Source: Paraphysomonas bandaiensis (taxonomy: Eukaryota > Protista > Chrysophyceae). Taken from it: DNA of 42,263 nucleotides. The notes under the pieces are model-generated. The model had not been told where the DNA came from. It saw nothing but the letters and a program-made list of their open reading frames with translations, and did no database searches. Position 1 is the stretch's first letter; every line of letters starts with the position of its first letter. Below, piece by piece: positions 23,301 to 36,039 of this stretch. The stretch is taken from positions 1 to 42,263 of the forward strand of contig CBFFRP010000225.1 in assembly GCA_965644295.1 (NCBI GenBank), given 5' to 3'. A program made the position numbers and the translations under genes.

Positions 23301-24227
23301 CTGACGAAGTACGGTTGTGTTCCCTTGTACGTCACATACACAAGGTATGATTTAACTTTACCATTGTCCGGTAGACTCTCTTGATTTTGGAAAGTGTTCG
23401 GCAATAATTGCACCGTGGCAGAGTCGTCCCCGATATTGTAAACATCTCCGACAGTAACTTCTCGCCCGGTATCCGTCAGCACCTTTTTCCAGTGATTAGT
23501 GCCGGATTCCTGCCCTGTTGAAGATACAGACCCGCAACTTTTGTCATGATAGCAAGCATATAGTGTGACATCATACTGGATAGTGATGTCCTGTAGTTCC
23601 TCGTCGTCGTCCAAAGTGGTGCCGTTGAGACTAACACTCGTAACGTTTCGGTACTTCGCCTGCAGGGCGACAGATATAATGTTATCAAAGCCGTGCACGT
23701 GACCAACCCACACAACATCCTGGGTCAAGCTGGTGTTATCATCTGCAATCTGTGTGCAACCATAGTCCGCGTTCAGGTCTCCAGTTATAATGCCTTGGGA
23801 TTTACAACTCGCAGAAGAGAGAAACTTGTTTCCACTTCTGAATCCATTCATGGTACTCCTCAAATCAAATAAGAACGCCAACGCAAATGTCAAGTACGTG
23901 ACTGCCAATATAATCTTCGGAAGCCTCGTCAAACTAAGATCTTATATGACATCTTAAATTAAGCCTTACCGTAGCGGTCCTGGCGCTGATTGTCTCGAGC
24001 ATGATCTTTGGAGCATTGCTTGTGTACGATCGAAACACGACGCTGTTATCTTCATCAGTCTCGGGCTCCTACAGAAGCATAAGCACAGATTAGACCATGC
24101 GGTTGTTTTTTACCCCTGGAATGGAATTATCATTTTGCAACAAATTTTCTTTCATGCTACTTATCTGTCCCTTGGATAGAATTCTCCTAGTTCGAGGGGA
24201 CAATTCTGTATCACGACTGTTACTCAT
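20313..24227 (-). CDS. Multi-exon protein: TMEM181/Wntless-like multi-pass membrane domain fused to a C-terminal class 3 lipase (start exon tentative)
   Basis: TM block with EQRWLL..ALVLFQNPVY, YVPKLVMG and LPYMSTRY; then VVIAFR(G), HSGFWEAY, CTGHSLGGALA, VDGDIVSGVP and HSLFVY in consecutive minus-strand exons separated by short introns. Confidence 0.8.
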
Positions 24228-24370
24228 TGTCAGCACATGTTTATGAGCTAACTAGAGCATGATTTATAATATCAATGCAACACTGATAATCATCATTGTC
24301 GAAAAACCAGAACAACTGTATACGGTATACGCGGTATACGTGCAAAATATACCAAATCAAGGCTAAAAAC

Positions 24371-26943
24371 GTGCCGGTCAAGACACGATTGGTAGGGTTT
24401 TTGGTGGTTTGGTGCCAGAATGGACACGTTGGAGTTTTTTTTGCTTTTTTGGGGGGTTTTCTGACATTTTCCTTTCCAACATACAGCACACTCACTGCCA
24501 ACATCTAGAAGACAGGAAGGTACATTGTGTTCACAACTCCCCTGTGAACTGCTTTCCAGTTGGACGAGGGACCCAGCTCGATGCTCTATCGACACAGCTA
24601 GGGCTAAAGAAGGCCAACGTAGAGCAGTTGCTAGATCTCGAAGGACATGCATTCATAGTCCTGCTAGCCACTCTTATACTCCGATGAGATCGAATATAGG
24701 AGTCTTTCAGATGAACAGGTGTAGGAATCAGAAATATATGAGTAAATATTGGCATATCTATAATCTTCTTTGATTGACATCCCCTGCCTTTGTTGCCAAA
24801 CGAATCTTATGGCTCCATGCAAGTGCACAAGTAACTCGTAGAAGGTAGAGTAGTGACTGCTTGAATAGTTCCATACAGTTGGTTTTATGTATACTTTTTA
24901 ACAGTGAATTTGTCTGCTTCTGTTAATGATATTGTAATTCGTGTATTGATATTCTTTTGACTACACACTAATATCTGATATTCTTTTGAATAAAGTATAG
25001 CTGTTTTACTCCTTTTAAATTAATCTTGTTATGCCCCCAGGACCCCTCCCCCTTTCTGTGTGTATAGTCTTGGTTTCAGTTTAGTATTATCAGGGTGTAT
25101 GACATGTAAATTTTCATGACTGTGTAGTTAAGGGCAACTTTCAAACTCTTTTATATCAGATCTAGTATCTAGCTATCACGGAATGACAAAATTTATTTCA
25201 ACTAGCTAGAATATTACATGCAGTGGTTAATGTGATCATTTATTATTAGTAGTATGACAAAGGTTCTAGCTAGTCAAGTACAGTGTAAAACACTAAACAC
25301 TACCGTCGTCTACCGTGCATGAATCTTATCACTGAGCAACAACGCAACAACAGTAAAGACACATTTCTTTAAATTAAAGATATGTAATTGTCCAACTAAA
25401 CGATAATATACATGCGGCCATAAAAATATGGAATACACAACAGATATTCTAACTCAAAAGTGTTGCAGTTTCTTCAGCAGGCGATTCTGATAGCTCAGCG
25501 ATATCATTAGGGTGATTCAACTCGTCAATATAACCGGAAAGAAAATCCTCAGGCGGACTGATACCATTACGAATACAATACCTGCTACATCTACATGCAC
25601 TGGTGGGATGCGCGAGAGCCACTGGTGACAGTCGGGACACTGTTTTTTTTCTATTTGAGTCAAGCCTGACTAGTAGAACTGTTGTACATTATAAATGTAT
25701 AAGAATAAATATAACTGACGCGGATATGACAACAACACGTGGAACTCCTGTAAGACTTGGAATCATTAGCAAGAGGAGCTTTGATAGTCCTAAACGATTT
25801 GGATCGCAATCGATTATCAACTTCTGAAGTAGAGTGAATCGTGCCTAACAATTCAGGCACGTCTGCAAGCATATTTTTTACTCTCATTGTAAAGCAGTCT
25901 TTATGAAAGTATTTCTTCGAAAATAGGTCTTGTGGCATTCCATTCGGATACAACTCTTTAAGCAGAAACCACACATCCTTACACGGTAGCCCTGTGTGTT
26001 GGTATTTTCCACAGTCCCATTTCTGCTTAGACAAGTCCACATTTCCCAACTCGCTTCTATGCACTGCATACGTGATGGTATGCACAATACCTCGCTCGCT
26101 CACAGTATCGAGAATGTGAACCTCCATTGGACAATGTCTGACTTTTTCCTGTATATCCTATCAAGTATAAAATATTAGAACGTAAGCAATTATACACATT
26201 GCCTAACATAGTAAGCTTACTATTGCACAATTTACATGTGCGATGTTACATGAAAGTACTGTTGTGTGTTTATCACCTGAATGCGGGTAGTGCTAATATT
26301 ACGACGACCGACTCCAACATCCTTCATGATCACTGCAAACTCTTCGTTGTTCAACACCTCGTTCTAGAAGTACTGAATAATGAAAGTTTATACATATATA
26401 TATATACCTGTGATGCTTTTCCGAAGACGACACAAGGAATTCTCATACCATCCTCGCTCAACACCTAGTGCTCCTTAATACTTGCAGCACTATCCATATA
26501 GTATGTTCTATGACGCTTACACCAAGCATATAATCTTAGAGCACATAATGGATTCATACATATCATAGTAACTCTATTTCTTCCTTGCGCTACATGTGGG
26601 TCGTGTCGCAGTTGTTTTCCTGTACGTGTGCCTCCATAACTGACTATCTGTTGCAAAGTCTGGAAACACTTGATCTTCCTCTGTGAGTTCCATCACGTGC
26701 ATAAGTAAAATAATATCATCATAGTCAATCGAAGATCACAATTCATCACTGAATAAGTGGATACATATGGCTGTATTAAGATTGACAGCTCGATGTATGT
26801 ATGGAAACGTCAGCTAGCCTGCCCATCTGCTGAGTGTGCTGTATGTTGGAAAGGAAAATGTCAGAAAACCCCCCAAAAAAGCAAAAACCCCTCCAATGTG
26901 TCCATTCTGGCACCAAACCACCAAAAACCCTACCAACCGGCAC
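24371..26943 (-). mobile_element. Decayed Mutator-like (MULE) element with long inverted repeats; true termini not resolved
   Basis: ~110-bp near-perfect inverted repeats at 24389-24494 and 26831-26936; degenerate SWIM finger (WDCGKYQHTGLPCKD) in 25660-26127; MuDR-DBD-like CMNPLCALRLYA in 26465-26656. No TSD found. Confidence 0.75.
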
Positions 26944-27570
26944 CGGGCTCCCTTTTTTGCTGTTAAATATACGAGTAGGAATTCCTATGATCATCAAAAA
27001 ACAGTACACTGGTATACGGCGGTATACAGCATAGAAATATTTTCGGCCTGGTCTAAAAAATGTTGGGCCAGGCCAAAAATTTCTTAGACTTGGATGAAAA
27101 AACTGTACCAGGTCTGAATTTTTTTTTGGGAGGTGTGTGAGCTTTTTTTTGTATGGAAACCAATGGGAAGGGATGACCTGGTCTGAATAAAGACCGCGGG
27201 CCTTAATCATCCTGTCGACTTGGAATTCTAATTCCGTCTATAGGATAAGTCGTACCAGCAAAAAAATCGGCCTTTTTTCGTTATTTCTCTGAAATATATT
27301 CGTCAAAAAACAACATGCATCAAAAAAGCCAGGATTTTTTTGCTGGATCGACATACTCCGCTGAAATCGACATATCCTGCTACGACTTTTTTCTGATTTT
27401 TTCCAGTCATGTGATATCCCCACCGTATAACGTGTAGTCGACTACGTCGTACCATGATACCCATATCCAGATATGCAGAAGGAGTGCGGACATTGCGACG
27501 TACATACAGTATATATGCAATGCGAGATTATCACAAGTATTATTCACTCTAAATTTATAAATATATATTA

Positions 27571-28671
27571 ATGTCAGAGATGTCAAGAGTAGCAGATATG
27601 AAGCCAATGTCAATATCACAGCAGAAACCTACCCGTGCAAGTGAGGTCGACAGTGAGGCTGAAAGTGCTGCTCTAATTGAGGAAGGAAAAATAATACCAG
27701 AAGATCAACCCAAAAATGATATGATGTCAATGGTATATAAAGGATTGTATTGCTTTTTGGGGTTACAGGTTTCATATTTGACATGGGGCATGATGCAAGA
27801 GTTGATCATGACAACGAAATTTAATCCTACTGCTTCATCTCCTGATGGCATGTTTCCATCTGCTTCGTTTTGTGTGTTTTCAAATCGATTTTTAGCAATT
27901 GTAGTATCATTTGTTGTTATCAAAAGAGTTCATGGAACAATATTCTGCGCTGCGCCATACTATTCATTTTTGCCATGCGCTATTTCTAATACGTCATCAT
28001 CGTGGGCGCAATATGCGTCGTTACACTACGTCAGTTTTCCTTTGCAGAATATATTTAAGAGCACTAAAGTAATACCAGTGATGTTGATGGGTATGATTCT
28101 GAGAGGCGTGACGTATAGTTTGGTCGAATACGCTGAGGCACTTGCCATAACTTCCGGTGTACTATTGTTTTCCATGTCCAAAAACGCAACGCAAAATAGC
28201 GACACAGAAACCAGCGTTGTCGGGGTACTACTTCTCATTACCTATGTTTGTAGTGACTCCTTCACATCACAGTGGCAAAGCCGTTTATATCGAGATTACG
28301 GAAAGATTGATCAGTATCACATGATGTTTTGGGTGAACAGCTGGGCAGTACTTCTGACGTCTGCCGCATTGATATTCAGCGGGGAGATCTTTTCTGTAGC
28401 CGAATTTTTATACATTAACCCCACGGCTGTGATTTACAATGTCATCACTGCAATAACAAGCGCTACGGGACAGTTTTTTATTTTTTATACTATTAAAGAG
28501 TTTGGTCCAATTGTATTCACTGTCATAATGACCACTCGTCAGATGCTCTCCATGGTTTTGTCTTCTTTCATATTCGGACATAAGATGTCAATATTCTCTT
28601 ACCTAGGCACCGCATTTGTGTTTGGTGCTGTATTCCACTCTGTGAGACGTCAAATGAAAAACAAAACGTGA
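27571..28671 (+). CDS. SLC35B2: UAA/SLC35B-family nucleotide-sugar or PAPS transporter, closest in motifs to SLC35B2 (PAPST1)
   Basis: Intact 366-aa multi-TM ORF with YLTWGMMQE, SNRFLA, SSWAQY..L.YVSFP, KVIPVMLMG, DSFTSQWQ and GQFFIFYTI..FG..VFT.IMT.RQ. Confidence 0.88.
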   Translation: MSEMSRVADMKPMSISQQKPTRASEVDSEAESAALIEEGKIIPEDQPKNDMMSMVYKGLYCFLGLQVSYLTWGMMQELIMTTKFNPTASSPDGMFPSASFCVFSNRFLAIVVSFVVIKRVHGTIFCAAPYYSFLPCAISNTSSSWAQYASLHYVSFPLQNIFKSTKVIPVMLMGMILRGVTYSLVEYAEALAITSGVLLFSMSKNATQNSDTETSVVGVLLLITYVCSDSFTSQWQSRLYRDYGKIDQYHMMFWVNSWAVLLTSAALIFSGEIFSVAEFLYINPTAVIYNVITAITSATGQFFIFYTIKEFGPIVFTVIMTTRQMLSMVLSSFIFGHKMSIFSYLGTAFVFGAVFHSVRRQMKNKT

Positions 28672-28875
28672 AATAGAATGGCTGGAGGAAAATTTATTCT
28701 GTCAGTGATCGGTGTTATGCTATATGCTTGTAGTCATATATGTTCGGTTGGTTAAAACAGAGCAACTCATGATTACTAGCACATGTTATGTTAACTGCTT
28801 ATCATCCGTGGGTAAATTCTAAGAGCGAATAGGGATTGGTATACTAGTTGATATGTGACTCTTAAAAACTAGTAG

Positions 28876-29059
28876 CAGGGCCGCGTAACAATTAATTGTC
28901 AACTGACGCAGATGTTGCCAATAGTAATTGCAACCATTACTTATTGTCCCAATTAATTGAATTGCAATTAATTGATACTAAACTACGTACTCATGGAGCT
29001 ATACATTAACTGCCAACACAGCTTGTTCAACTGCAATTTCATTCCGAGGCGACGATTCA
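28876..29059. mobile_element. Solitary diverged end of the same hAT family
   Basis: CAGGGCCGCGTAACAATTAATTG, collinear with 18469-18665 up to GAGGCGACGATTCAT; no partner TIR seen. Confidence 0.75.
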
Positions 29060-30698
29060 TACCATCAATCAAACGTTGTAGTGAATGTCTGATTATTAGC
29101 AATAGGCGTGTAAGAGTCAGATTTTTCTAAACGGTCGAAACTATGTAAAATTGTGTAAATTACGTATTATTGGAGTATGTATTTTGTATATACGGTTGCT
29201 GGTATACTGACAAGGGTGTGTTAGATATGAGATATGAGGGTCATGTGACAGTAAATAGACACACAGACAGTCTATTGTGGGGTGAAATTATGACCCAACC
29301 AGCAGATTAAAGCAAAGGACGATTGATGGAGTCGTTAATGGACTGACATGACTTCACTGTACCGCAAGCTTCATGCTATTCAAGACCAGTACGATGACTT
29401 TTAACCGCTTGAGACAACTGATTCATGTGTGGGGTTATTACCTTCAGAAGAGACAGTGAAGTGGAAGAGGGCCCTTACAGGAGGATGAAATTGCTTGAGC
29501 CGATATTTTGCAGAATGTATGCTCAGTGTGCATCCTGTGAAGATCTCCCGATAATCAAAGGATTCAAGTAATGTGACCGTTAACATCTTCAATATACATC
29601 AATGGGGGGCAGCGTTCATATTAGTATTATTAATGCATGCAATTAATAGAAATAATATTTTGGGTAAATTATTTTCTATATATACACCTCTGTATCAGTA
29701 TCGTACCCCAGAAGTTATCTCGGTGTACGATCGGTGTAAGATGGCCTGGACGAACAAATGTTATCATTACCTTGAAGCTAACTGAGCTCAGATTGGCGGT
29801 GAAGTCATCTGAAGTGCACAATGCTTCTGCTTCTTAGCAGGTGATTGGGAGCTAGTTTACGCTTTGGTTCAGATTTGTCGTGATATGATTATTAGTAGGT
29901 TCTAAGTAGTAATTGCCGTTAAGTTTTACTTCGTAATATGTTATGTGAATACCGTCTTACTTTAATTGAATACATGCTTTGTCTTTTCATTCATGATACA
30001 GATCTGCATTATTGCTTGCTTTTATATTATTTCCTACTTTTTGCAATATATATTATACTGTGTTCATTATAGTTAATTACAGTACCTCTAGGTTGTATTG
30101 GTATCATATTTTAGGACTACCTATAGTACCTATATGTAGTATTGATACATGTAGGCAGTGCCTATAGGTACATTTTAATATAAATAGGGATACTTATCAG
30201 TAGGAAATGTAGAGGTTATAGATACCACCTATAGGGAGACGATTAGGTCGTGTGTAAGTGCAGTATCAGTATGTTGATATCGGCATCATTTAATCCAACC
30301 ATAAGTCCAATAATGCTCCTGACATACTCCTCATTGGGGTACCAGCATTTGGTGGATCATTTTCTTAGTACCGCCATATAGCTGCACTTAACTTAGAACT
30401 TCTTTCTTAGGCACTTCTTCCATAATAGCAATAAATCAAAAACAATGGATAAATCTACAATATTACAATACTATTTACAAGAAATTTCCAGAGTCAAGAA
30501 ATTGCATCTTACTATCAATAATCAATATATATACTACCTCTACGATTACCAGGTATCTTGGTAATTCATGTCAACATACTATTCTACTAATAGGGTGGCG
30601 TATTCATCCTCTGCAGAGTGTTACACAGGTAGCACAAATATTCTCTTTATGATAGATGGTAGATATCAAGATACAAAACACCCTATATCTAGGTGACA

Positions 30699-31026
30699 AT
30701 GATTGACATGCTTCAATACACCGTCCTCATTTACATCAATACGTATAGGGCACAGTGAGAAAGTATATCTTACATTCATATCAGTATATACATACTCAAT
30801 TGAAGTAATTCTTGCGTGGGTCTCTCTATTATCGAACTCTATTATCGAGTTCATACGGCTCCGCAGAACAATGATTGACATGCTCCAACACAGTATCTTC
30901 ATATAAATCAATACGCACAGGACACTATGAGAAAGTATCTATAAATGATACAATCATATTAGTATATACCTTCAAATCAGAGAGGAGAATGACACTCAAG
31001 TGGAGTTATTCGTATGTGAGTCTCTC
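30699..31026 (+). repeat. Diverged ~170-bp direct repeat, 2 copies
   Basis: ATGATTGACATGCT...ATCAATACG...TGAGAAAGTAT...CTCAA.TG.AGT.ATTC...GTCTCTC at ~30699 and ~30871. Confidence 0.65.
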
Positions 31027-31559
31027 GATCAGCTCTTCAGTATGAGTATACTCTGTTTCGAACCACTAAATTGAATATTATACAATATCATCTGATCATA
31101 TTACATGAGAGCCCTCTGGTGTTATGGTCTTGGAATCAACTCTGCTATCTCTGTCTTTGAAATAGACCAACTCTCCTGTATGATTGCCACTTAACCATAC
31201 CTTTCACCAGCTAATTCAACAACCAACAGCATGTGGCATTAAAGAACTATTATGAGCTCATGTATTCACAGGAGGTTATGATCATATAACAGAGTGTGTT
31301 CATCTATCTAAAAGAAGTATCGCATAGTATCCTGTATGTGAAGCTAACAGATATCTGACTCTGGATTCTGTCGTGTACAATATGCTGATTATTTTCTTGA
31401 AAATGTGTAGTTTTGTGACATATTTGAGTGAAGAACCTAGGAATTTTTTAGTTTAGGTTGTGTAATTCATTTTACATAGTCCTTCTAGTTTCGCTAAACC
31501 CAAATACTCACACACACTACAATAGAGAATAATTTTTTCTTGTGTAAATTATTTTACAC

Positions 31560-34119
31560 AATTCCTACAAACCTGGTAAATCGGGGCCCCCAGAAAAATC
31601 GGGGCCCCCACAAACCAAAAAACAGTCCCATATGACCGTCAATAAACCACCTTAAGAACACTAATTCCTTCAATAACTACACACCCAATCAACTAACACA
31701 TACAACGCCATGTCCCTCGTATGCACGAGTGTTCATATCATAAGGACACCTCTCCGCTCATCCATACTACTGCTGCTTTCAACCAGCAATGTGAGGTGAA
31801 CAACTGTGTCTGCAGTGTTCCTGGTGTCCATCCGCTGTGCTCCGTAAAGCCTTCATTTACACTTTACACTGGTAAGAATGGAGATAATTAGAGACATTGA
31901 CTCTATGTGATTTGGTGTGTGTTTTCATATGAAGGCTCGGGAATCTTAATGCTCTGTCTATAATGTATATATTATATATATGGCCTCATACTAGCGGACT
32001 GATTCCTTATGCCATAGAGTGACTCTGGGTAGAGAATCTACATCGAAGATTATTTACTTTCCTCCAATACAGCTTGAGTAATCTCTCTGGCTTGTTAAAA
32101 GTAACCTATTGGCGTATGTTTGTTTCGTTGCGTGCTCTACGTGGAGTGTAGATATCACTCCACTATCGCCCTATAGGAATTGCCATTTGATCTCCCTGGC
32201 TTTTCCGGAACGCAACACCTCTCACAGAGATCACCACGTTTGCTTGATGACTACGTACCATGTACAGTAGGTTCACGATGCAACTTGTATTTATGTTAGT
32301 CCTGCCTTGTATAATATAGGTCCTTGACTGATTGTGTAACGTTTCCGTGTGCCTTATATGTAATATCTAATTAAGATAGTTTCATCCTGCCTTTGTTTGT
32401 ATTTAGAAATCAGATATCCACGAATTGAAGAAGAAACGCACTATATTCTACCATATTATTATACCATTATTTGCTTCATACTGCAACACGTGTATTACAT
32501 TACATACCACTGAGAGTATTAATGTACAATATAGTAGAAAAGCAAATGATCATTAAGTTAAAGAACAACTAGTCTATAAAGCAGGAAACGTTCTCTTCCG
32601 ACGTTGTCCTAATATGTAAAACTTCGTGGAACTGTTACTTACCCTGAGATTATTGTTTCGGGCATATCACCGGGACATACGAACATCAACATAGATGAAC
32701 TGTCCCATATCTGTCATTGGTCTGAAATAGTGAGTCACGAGAGCGTAGTTGCCAATATCGGGAGGAAATGGCTTCAAGAGATCCTGCTGAAAGAAAACGG
32801 CCTGCAGCAGAGCTCACGCTTATGAGAGAAGAGGACCGCTGTGCTAAAGCCGTAAGAGTACAAGAAGAAAGAAAGCGGCCAATATCATTGATAAAGTTGG
32901 CCTTATTATCCGCGGCAGAAAAGGTAGCTGAAGACATCTTTGAGAGCAGAAAAGGAAGAAGTTCGCATTTAGCAAGTGAATGATGCGCCTAATGTACTAT
33001 CAAATCTAACAATTACGAGGTAGGGAGCTTATGATTTAACATTCGAAATATCTTGTTATATTGCACGTTCATTACAGTTTTGTTGATTACTTTCCTGCTT
33101 TATAGACTAGTTATTCTTTAACTTAATGATCATTTGCTTTTCTACTATATTGTACATTAATACTCTCAGTGGTATGTACTGTAATACACGTGTTGCAGTA
33201 TGAAGCAAATAATGGTATAATAATATGGTAGAATATAGTGCGTTTCTTCTTCAATTCGTGGATATCTGATTTCTAAATACAAACAAAGGCAGGATGAAAC
33301 TATCTTAATAAGATATTACATATAAGGCACACGGAAACGTTACACAATCAGTCAAGGACCTATATTATACAAGGCAGGACTAACATAAATACAAGTTGCA
33401 TCGTGAACCTACTGTACATGGTACGTAGTCATCAAGCAAACGTGGTGATCTCTGTGAGAGGTGTTGCGTTCCGGAAAAGCCAGGGAGATCAAATGGCAAT
33501 TCCTATAGGGCGATAGTGGAGTGATATCTACACTCCACGTAGAGCACGCAACGAAACAAACATACGCCAATAGGTTACTTTTAACAAGCCAGAGAGATTA
33601 CTCAAGCTGTATTGGAGGAAAGTAAATAATCTTCGATGTAGATTCTCTACCCAGAGTCACTCTATGGCATAAGGAATCAGTCCGCTAGTATGAGGCCATA
33701 TATATAATATATACATTATAGACAGAGCATTAAGATTCCCGAGCCTTCATATGAAAACACACACCAAATCACATAGAGTCAATGTCTCTAATTATCTCCA
33801 TTCTTACCAGTGTAAAGTGTAAATGAAGGCTTTACGGAGCACAGCGGATGGACACCAGGAACACTGCAGACACAGTTGTTCACCTCACATTGCTGGTTGA
33901 AAGCAGCAGTAGTATGGATGAGCGGAGAGGTGTCCTTATGATATGAACACTCGTGCATACGAGGGACATGGCGTTGTATGTGTTAGTTGATTGGGTGTGT
34001 AGTTATTGAAGGAATTAGTGTTCTTAAGGTGGTTTATTGACGGTCATATGGGACTGTTTTTTGGTTTGTGGGGGCCCCGATTTTTCTGGGGGCCCCGATT
34101 TACCAGGTTTGTAGGAATT
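31560..34119. mobile_element. Foldback element: 1029-bp inverted arms (31560-32588 and 33091-34119) around a 502-bp spacer
   Basis: The arms read as reverse complements with only about 3 substitutions noticed; GC-rich subterminal repeats AAATCGGGGCCCCCA x2 at each end. Confidence 0.88.
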
Positions 34120-34463
34120 CTCGAAAATCCTGCTTTTAGTTTTACATAGATCGTTTTTTTTTCATATTCATGGACACGTACATCTGATCAACACTCTGTA
34201 CTTTCAGGTTCAGCTGGTGAAAACACGTTTAAGATTTACAATAATGCAAGAGGTTATGAATATTCATTTTTTGATAATGAAGGACCTCGTATTATTAGAA
34301 AAGAATTAGCTCAAGTACAACTATATGACCTATTGTAGCAAAAACAATATAACTAACTTGTGCATAACTCTGATGCCCTAATATCCATTAATGGTGATGG
34401 CATTAAATGCAGGGCCAGTCAAAAATAATTGCAATATATATTGCATAGATTGTCGTTTTCAAC

Positions 34464-35575
34464 ATGATCCTCTGCTGGTCTGACCTTAGCGACGACAGCC
34501 AAGACAAGGCGTATGCTGATGTTCTCTCCCAAATTACAAACTCCATTTCCATCACGCAGACGAAGGCAGACAGGCTTTCATCCTTCTGCGCATTCACGGG
34601 AATGCAACTCGCCATAGACAAAACGGAATGTATCGCTATTGGCGCTCCTTTTGAAGTCGAGGCCATGCTGGAAAAAGAGCCAACCCTCACCATTAGAGAC
34701 TGGAACTGGATCCCGCACACCATCCCAATCAGAGCTACCACACTCCCCACCAAATATCTTGGAGTACTACTCCCATTATCCCCAAAAGACACCGACTCCC
34801 ATGCCTGGTGCGTCAACTACATCGCCACTTCCACAACATATCTCCGTTATAAGTGCGCATCCCCAGAATGCAAGCTCCTAGTGCTCAACACTCAAATACT
34901 CCCGACACTCCTCTACAAAGCCACTAAAGCCTCCTGGACGTACGCCAAGTTCCTTGAAATAGACACACTACTTGCACACGCCGTAAGGGCAGTCCTGCGC
35001 CTACACAGCACTCATCTACCTTCCAACGAAGTACAAAGGACTTGGGTTACGCAAGTTCTCCACCTGTGCTCAGACCCAAAAGTGGCACGCTCTGCAAAGA
35101 GCCATCACCCTTGGAGGCGAGCCCAAACAAGCCGCGTTATCCATTCTACAACGCCACGACCTAAACCAACCCGACATTGACCTATACATCACTAGCCTAG
35201 TCCAATGTGGACAACAGCTCGGAATCCGTCTGCAGCCTCCATCACCGGCCACGCCCCAATTCCGAGACACCATTGACAGGGTACAATCCCAACTCCAATT
35301 GTACGACGATCACCCACACGACTATTATCAAGCCATCTTCACTGATGGTTCCTTCACTCGCACTAATCTCACCCCCGCCCACCTACTCGGAACCTCGCAC
35401 ACCCAGAATGCCGCGCACAACGGGGGAGCACCAAAAACAACTGGAGTCACAGACCAACCAAAATCCTTCACCTCACAACCCCAGAGCACACCACACCTGG
35501 ACTAATACACACACCACACACCACATCATACACATACGAGGCCTCAACAACTACCTGCAACGAAAAACGCTTTAG
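34464..35575 (+). pseudogene. Internal fragment of non-LTR retrotransposon ORF2: RT C-terminal subdomains and start of RNase H, frameshifted
   Basis: AYADVL, GMQLAIDKT, KYLGV, NTQILPTLLY; downstream AIFTDGSF; same A/C-rich sense strand as the LINE at 16025-17306. Confidence 0.85.
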
Positions 35576-36039
35576 GTGTGTTCAATAATAGAATTTGAAG
35601 TTGATGCTGCATCTCATATAACTTATAAGCTGTAATAGAATGTGTAAACAGTGCCATTAAAATGTAAAACTGGTTGGAACACTTAGAGTTCTCTAGCTGC
35701 TGCATTGATATTGGGTTTTCATCATTATGTTGTAACGGTTACTACTATCTAACTACTAGTTACTACCAGATCGAGCTCATTTCTTCTTCTTAACGCTATA
35801 TTATTATTAATCTTGTAAATATAAATATAGAAGGTCCGGTTTTACGGACACTGGTCGAACAGAACAATAGTATGTGTATTTATAAGTGTATGTTGTTGTA
35901 TATTGCTCTTGATGTATAACTGTTATACTGTTGCATGGTGACTAACAGAAGTTGACATTATTTGCTAAGGTTTTCTATTCTCAACTGATAAGATGAAATT
36001 ATAAACATTACATGATAAAGAACCTAAGTTGTGTTCGAT

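Noticed and set aside
32768-32983. Spacer ORF of the foldback as a transposase
   Set aside because: Only 71 aa, charged, with no DDE or other recognisable motif.
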